This document shows, piece after piece, positions 63,930 through 64,000 of a DNA stretch of 64,000 nucleotides (positions are counted from its first letter, which is position 1; every line of letters begins with the position of its first letter). The position numbers and the translations under genes are program-made. Where the stretch lies: contig JBOHQS010000001.1 in the NCBI GenBank assembly GCA_050732295.1, forward strand, positions 46,081-110,080. The letters are read 5' to 3'. The notes under the pieces are model-generated. The model searched no databases. It saw only the letters and a list, made by a program, of their open reading frames with translations, and was not told the DNA's origin. This DNA is from Candidatus Methylomirabilales bacterium. GTDB lineage: Bacteria > Methylomirabilota > Methylomirabilia > Methylomirabilales > CSP1-5.

Positions 63930-64000
63930 CGTCCTATCCCGAGGTATTCGAAGCCCAGTTCGCGCATCGGCTCTTTGTCGAAGAAATTCCGGCCATCGAG
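63926..64000 (-). CDS. ugd: C-terminal end of UDP-glucose (nucleotide-sugar) 6-dehydrogenase; the gene start lies beyond the window
   Basis: My reverse-complement translation of 64000-63929 gives [24 protein letters not shown], followed by the TGA stop at 63928-63926. This is the typical UDPGDH C-terminal tail. Only 24 codons are visible. Confidence 0.55.
   Translation of the reverse strand, partial: LDGRNFFDKEPMRELGFEYLGIGR

Noticed and set aside
1-64000. A search for tRNA, rRNA, transposase, integrase or toxin-antitoxin genes that would mark a classical mobile island.
   Set aside because: No ORF shows DDE/tyrosine-recombinase/serine-recombinase motifs, and I saw no tRNA-like or rRNA-like sequence. 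The mosaicism is supported only by repeats, remnants and patchy GC.

Overview
The window is one long, strictly co-directional surface-polysaccharide (EPS/O-antigen type) super-cluster. Every credible gene is on the minus strand: about 55 intact CDS plus 4-5 gene remnants. I saw no rRNA, tRNA or CRISPR array. All calls come from reading the ORF translations and the nucleotide sequence by eye; no database search was possible and the source taxon cannot be determined.

Gene content in transcription order (high to low coordinate):
- ugd (partial), UDP-xylose synthase, an ArnT/PMT-like GT-C, a polyprenyl-P GT2 and a UPF0104 flippase-like protein.
- A GDP-D-glycero-D-manno-heptose module: hddA, a fused hddC-gmhA, gmhB and a transaldolase.
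- The wzm/wzt ABC exporter plus an FkbM methyltransferase.
- A sialic-acid (nonulosonic acid) module, neuC-neuB...neuA.
- A CDP-hexose module: rfbF, a C-methyltransferase, an RmlC-like epimerase, SDRs and a DUF4910 protein.
- A run of GT2/GT4 glycosyltransferases and a Wzy_C (O-antigen-ligase-like) protein.
- An exosortase/PEP-CTERM-type accessory set: FemAB-like, DegT aminotransferase, NodB deacetylase, ATP-grasp, PHP and asnB.

Most interesting observations:
1. A Rieske + MBL-fold protein (44155-45768) matches, block for block, my recollection of animal CMP-Neu5Ac hydroxylase (CMAH). It sits inside the neu module, which suggests an N-glycolyl-type sialic acid pathway in a bacterium.
2. Two four-helix-bundle ('23S rRNA IVS protein'/Avd-like) gene cassettes are inserted exactly between operon genes. 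Each is bounded by inverted arrays of heptanucleotide tandem repeats; the wzm/wzt copy has a perfect 25-bp inverted repeat.
3. The same heptamer-repeat families also occur as an 'empty' hairpin element and as in-frame insertions inside two CDS (the NodB deacetylase and the Wzt N-terminus).
4. There are several rearrangement scars: a ~380-bp duplication of a GT2 3' end, a truncated second neuB, and a fused SDR/oxidoreductase deletion remnant.
5. GC composition is patchy, which suggests a mosaic, exchangeable central block.
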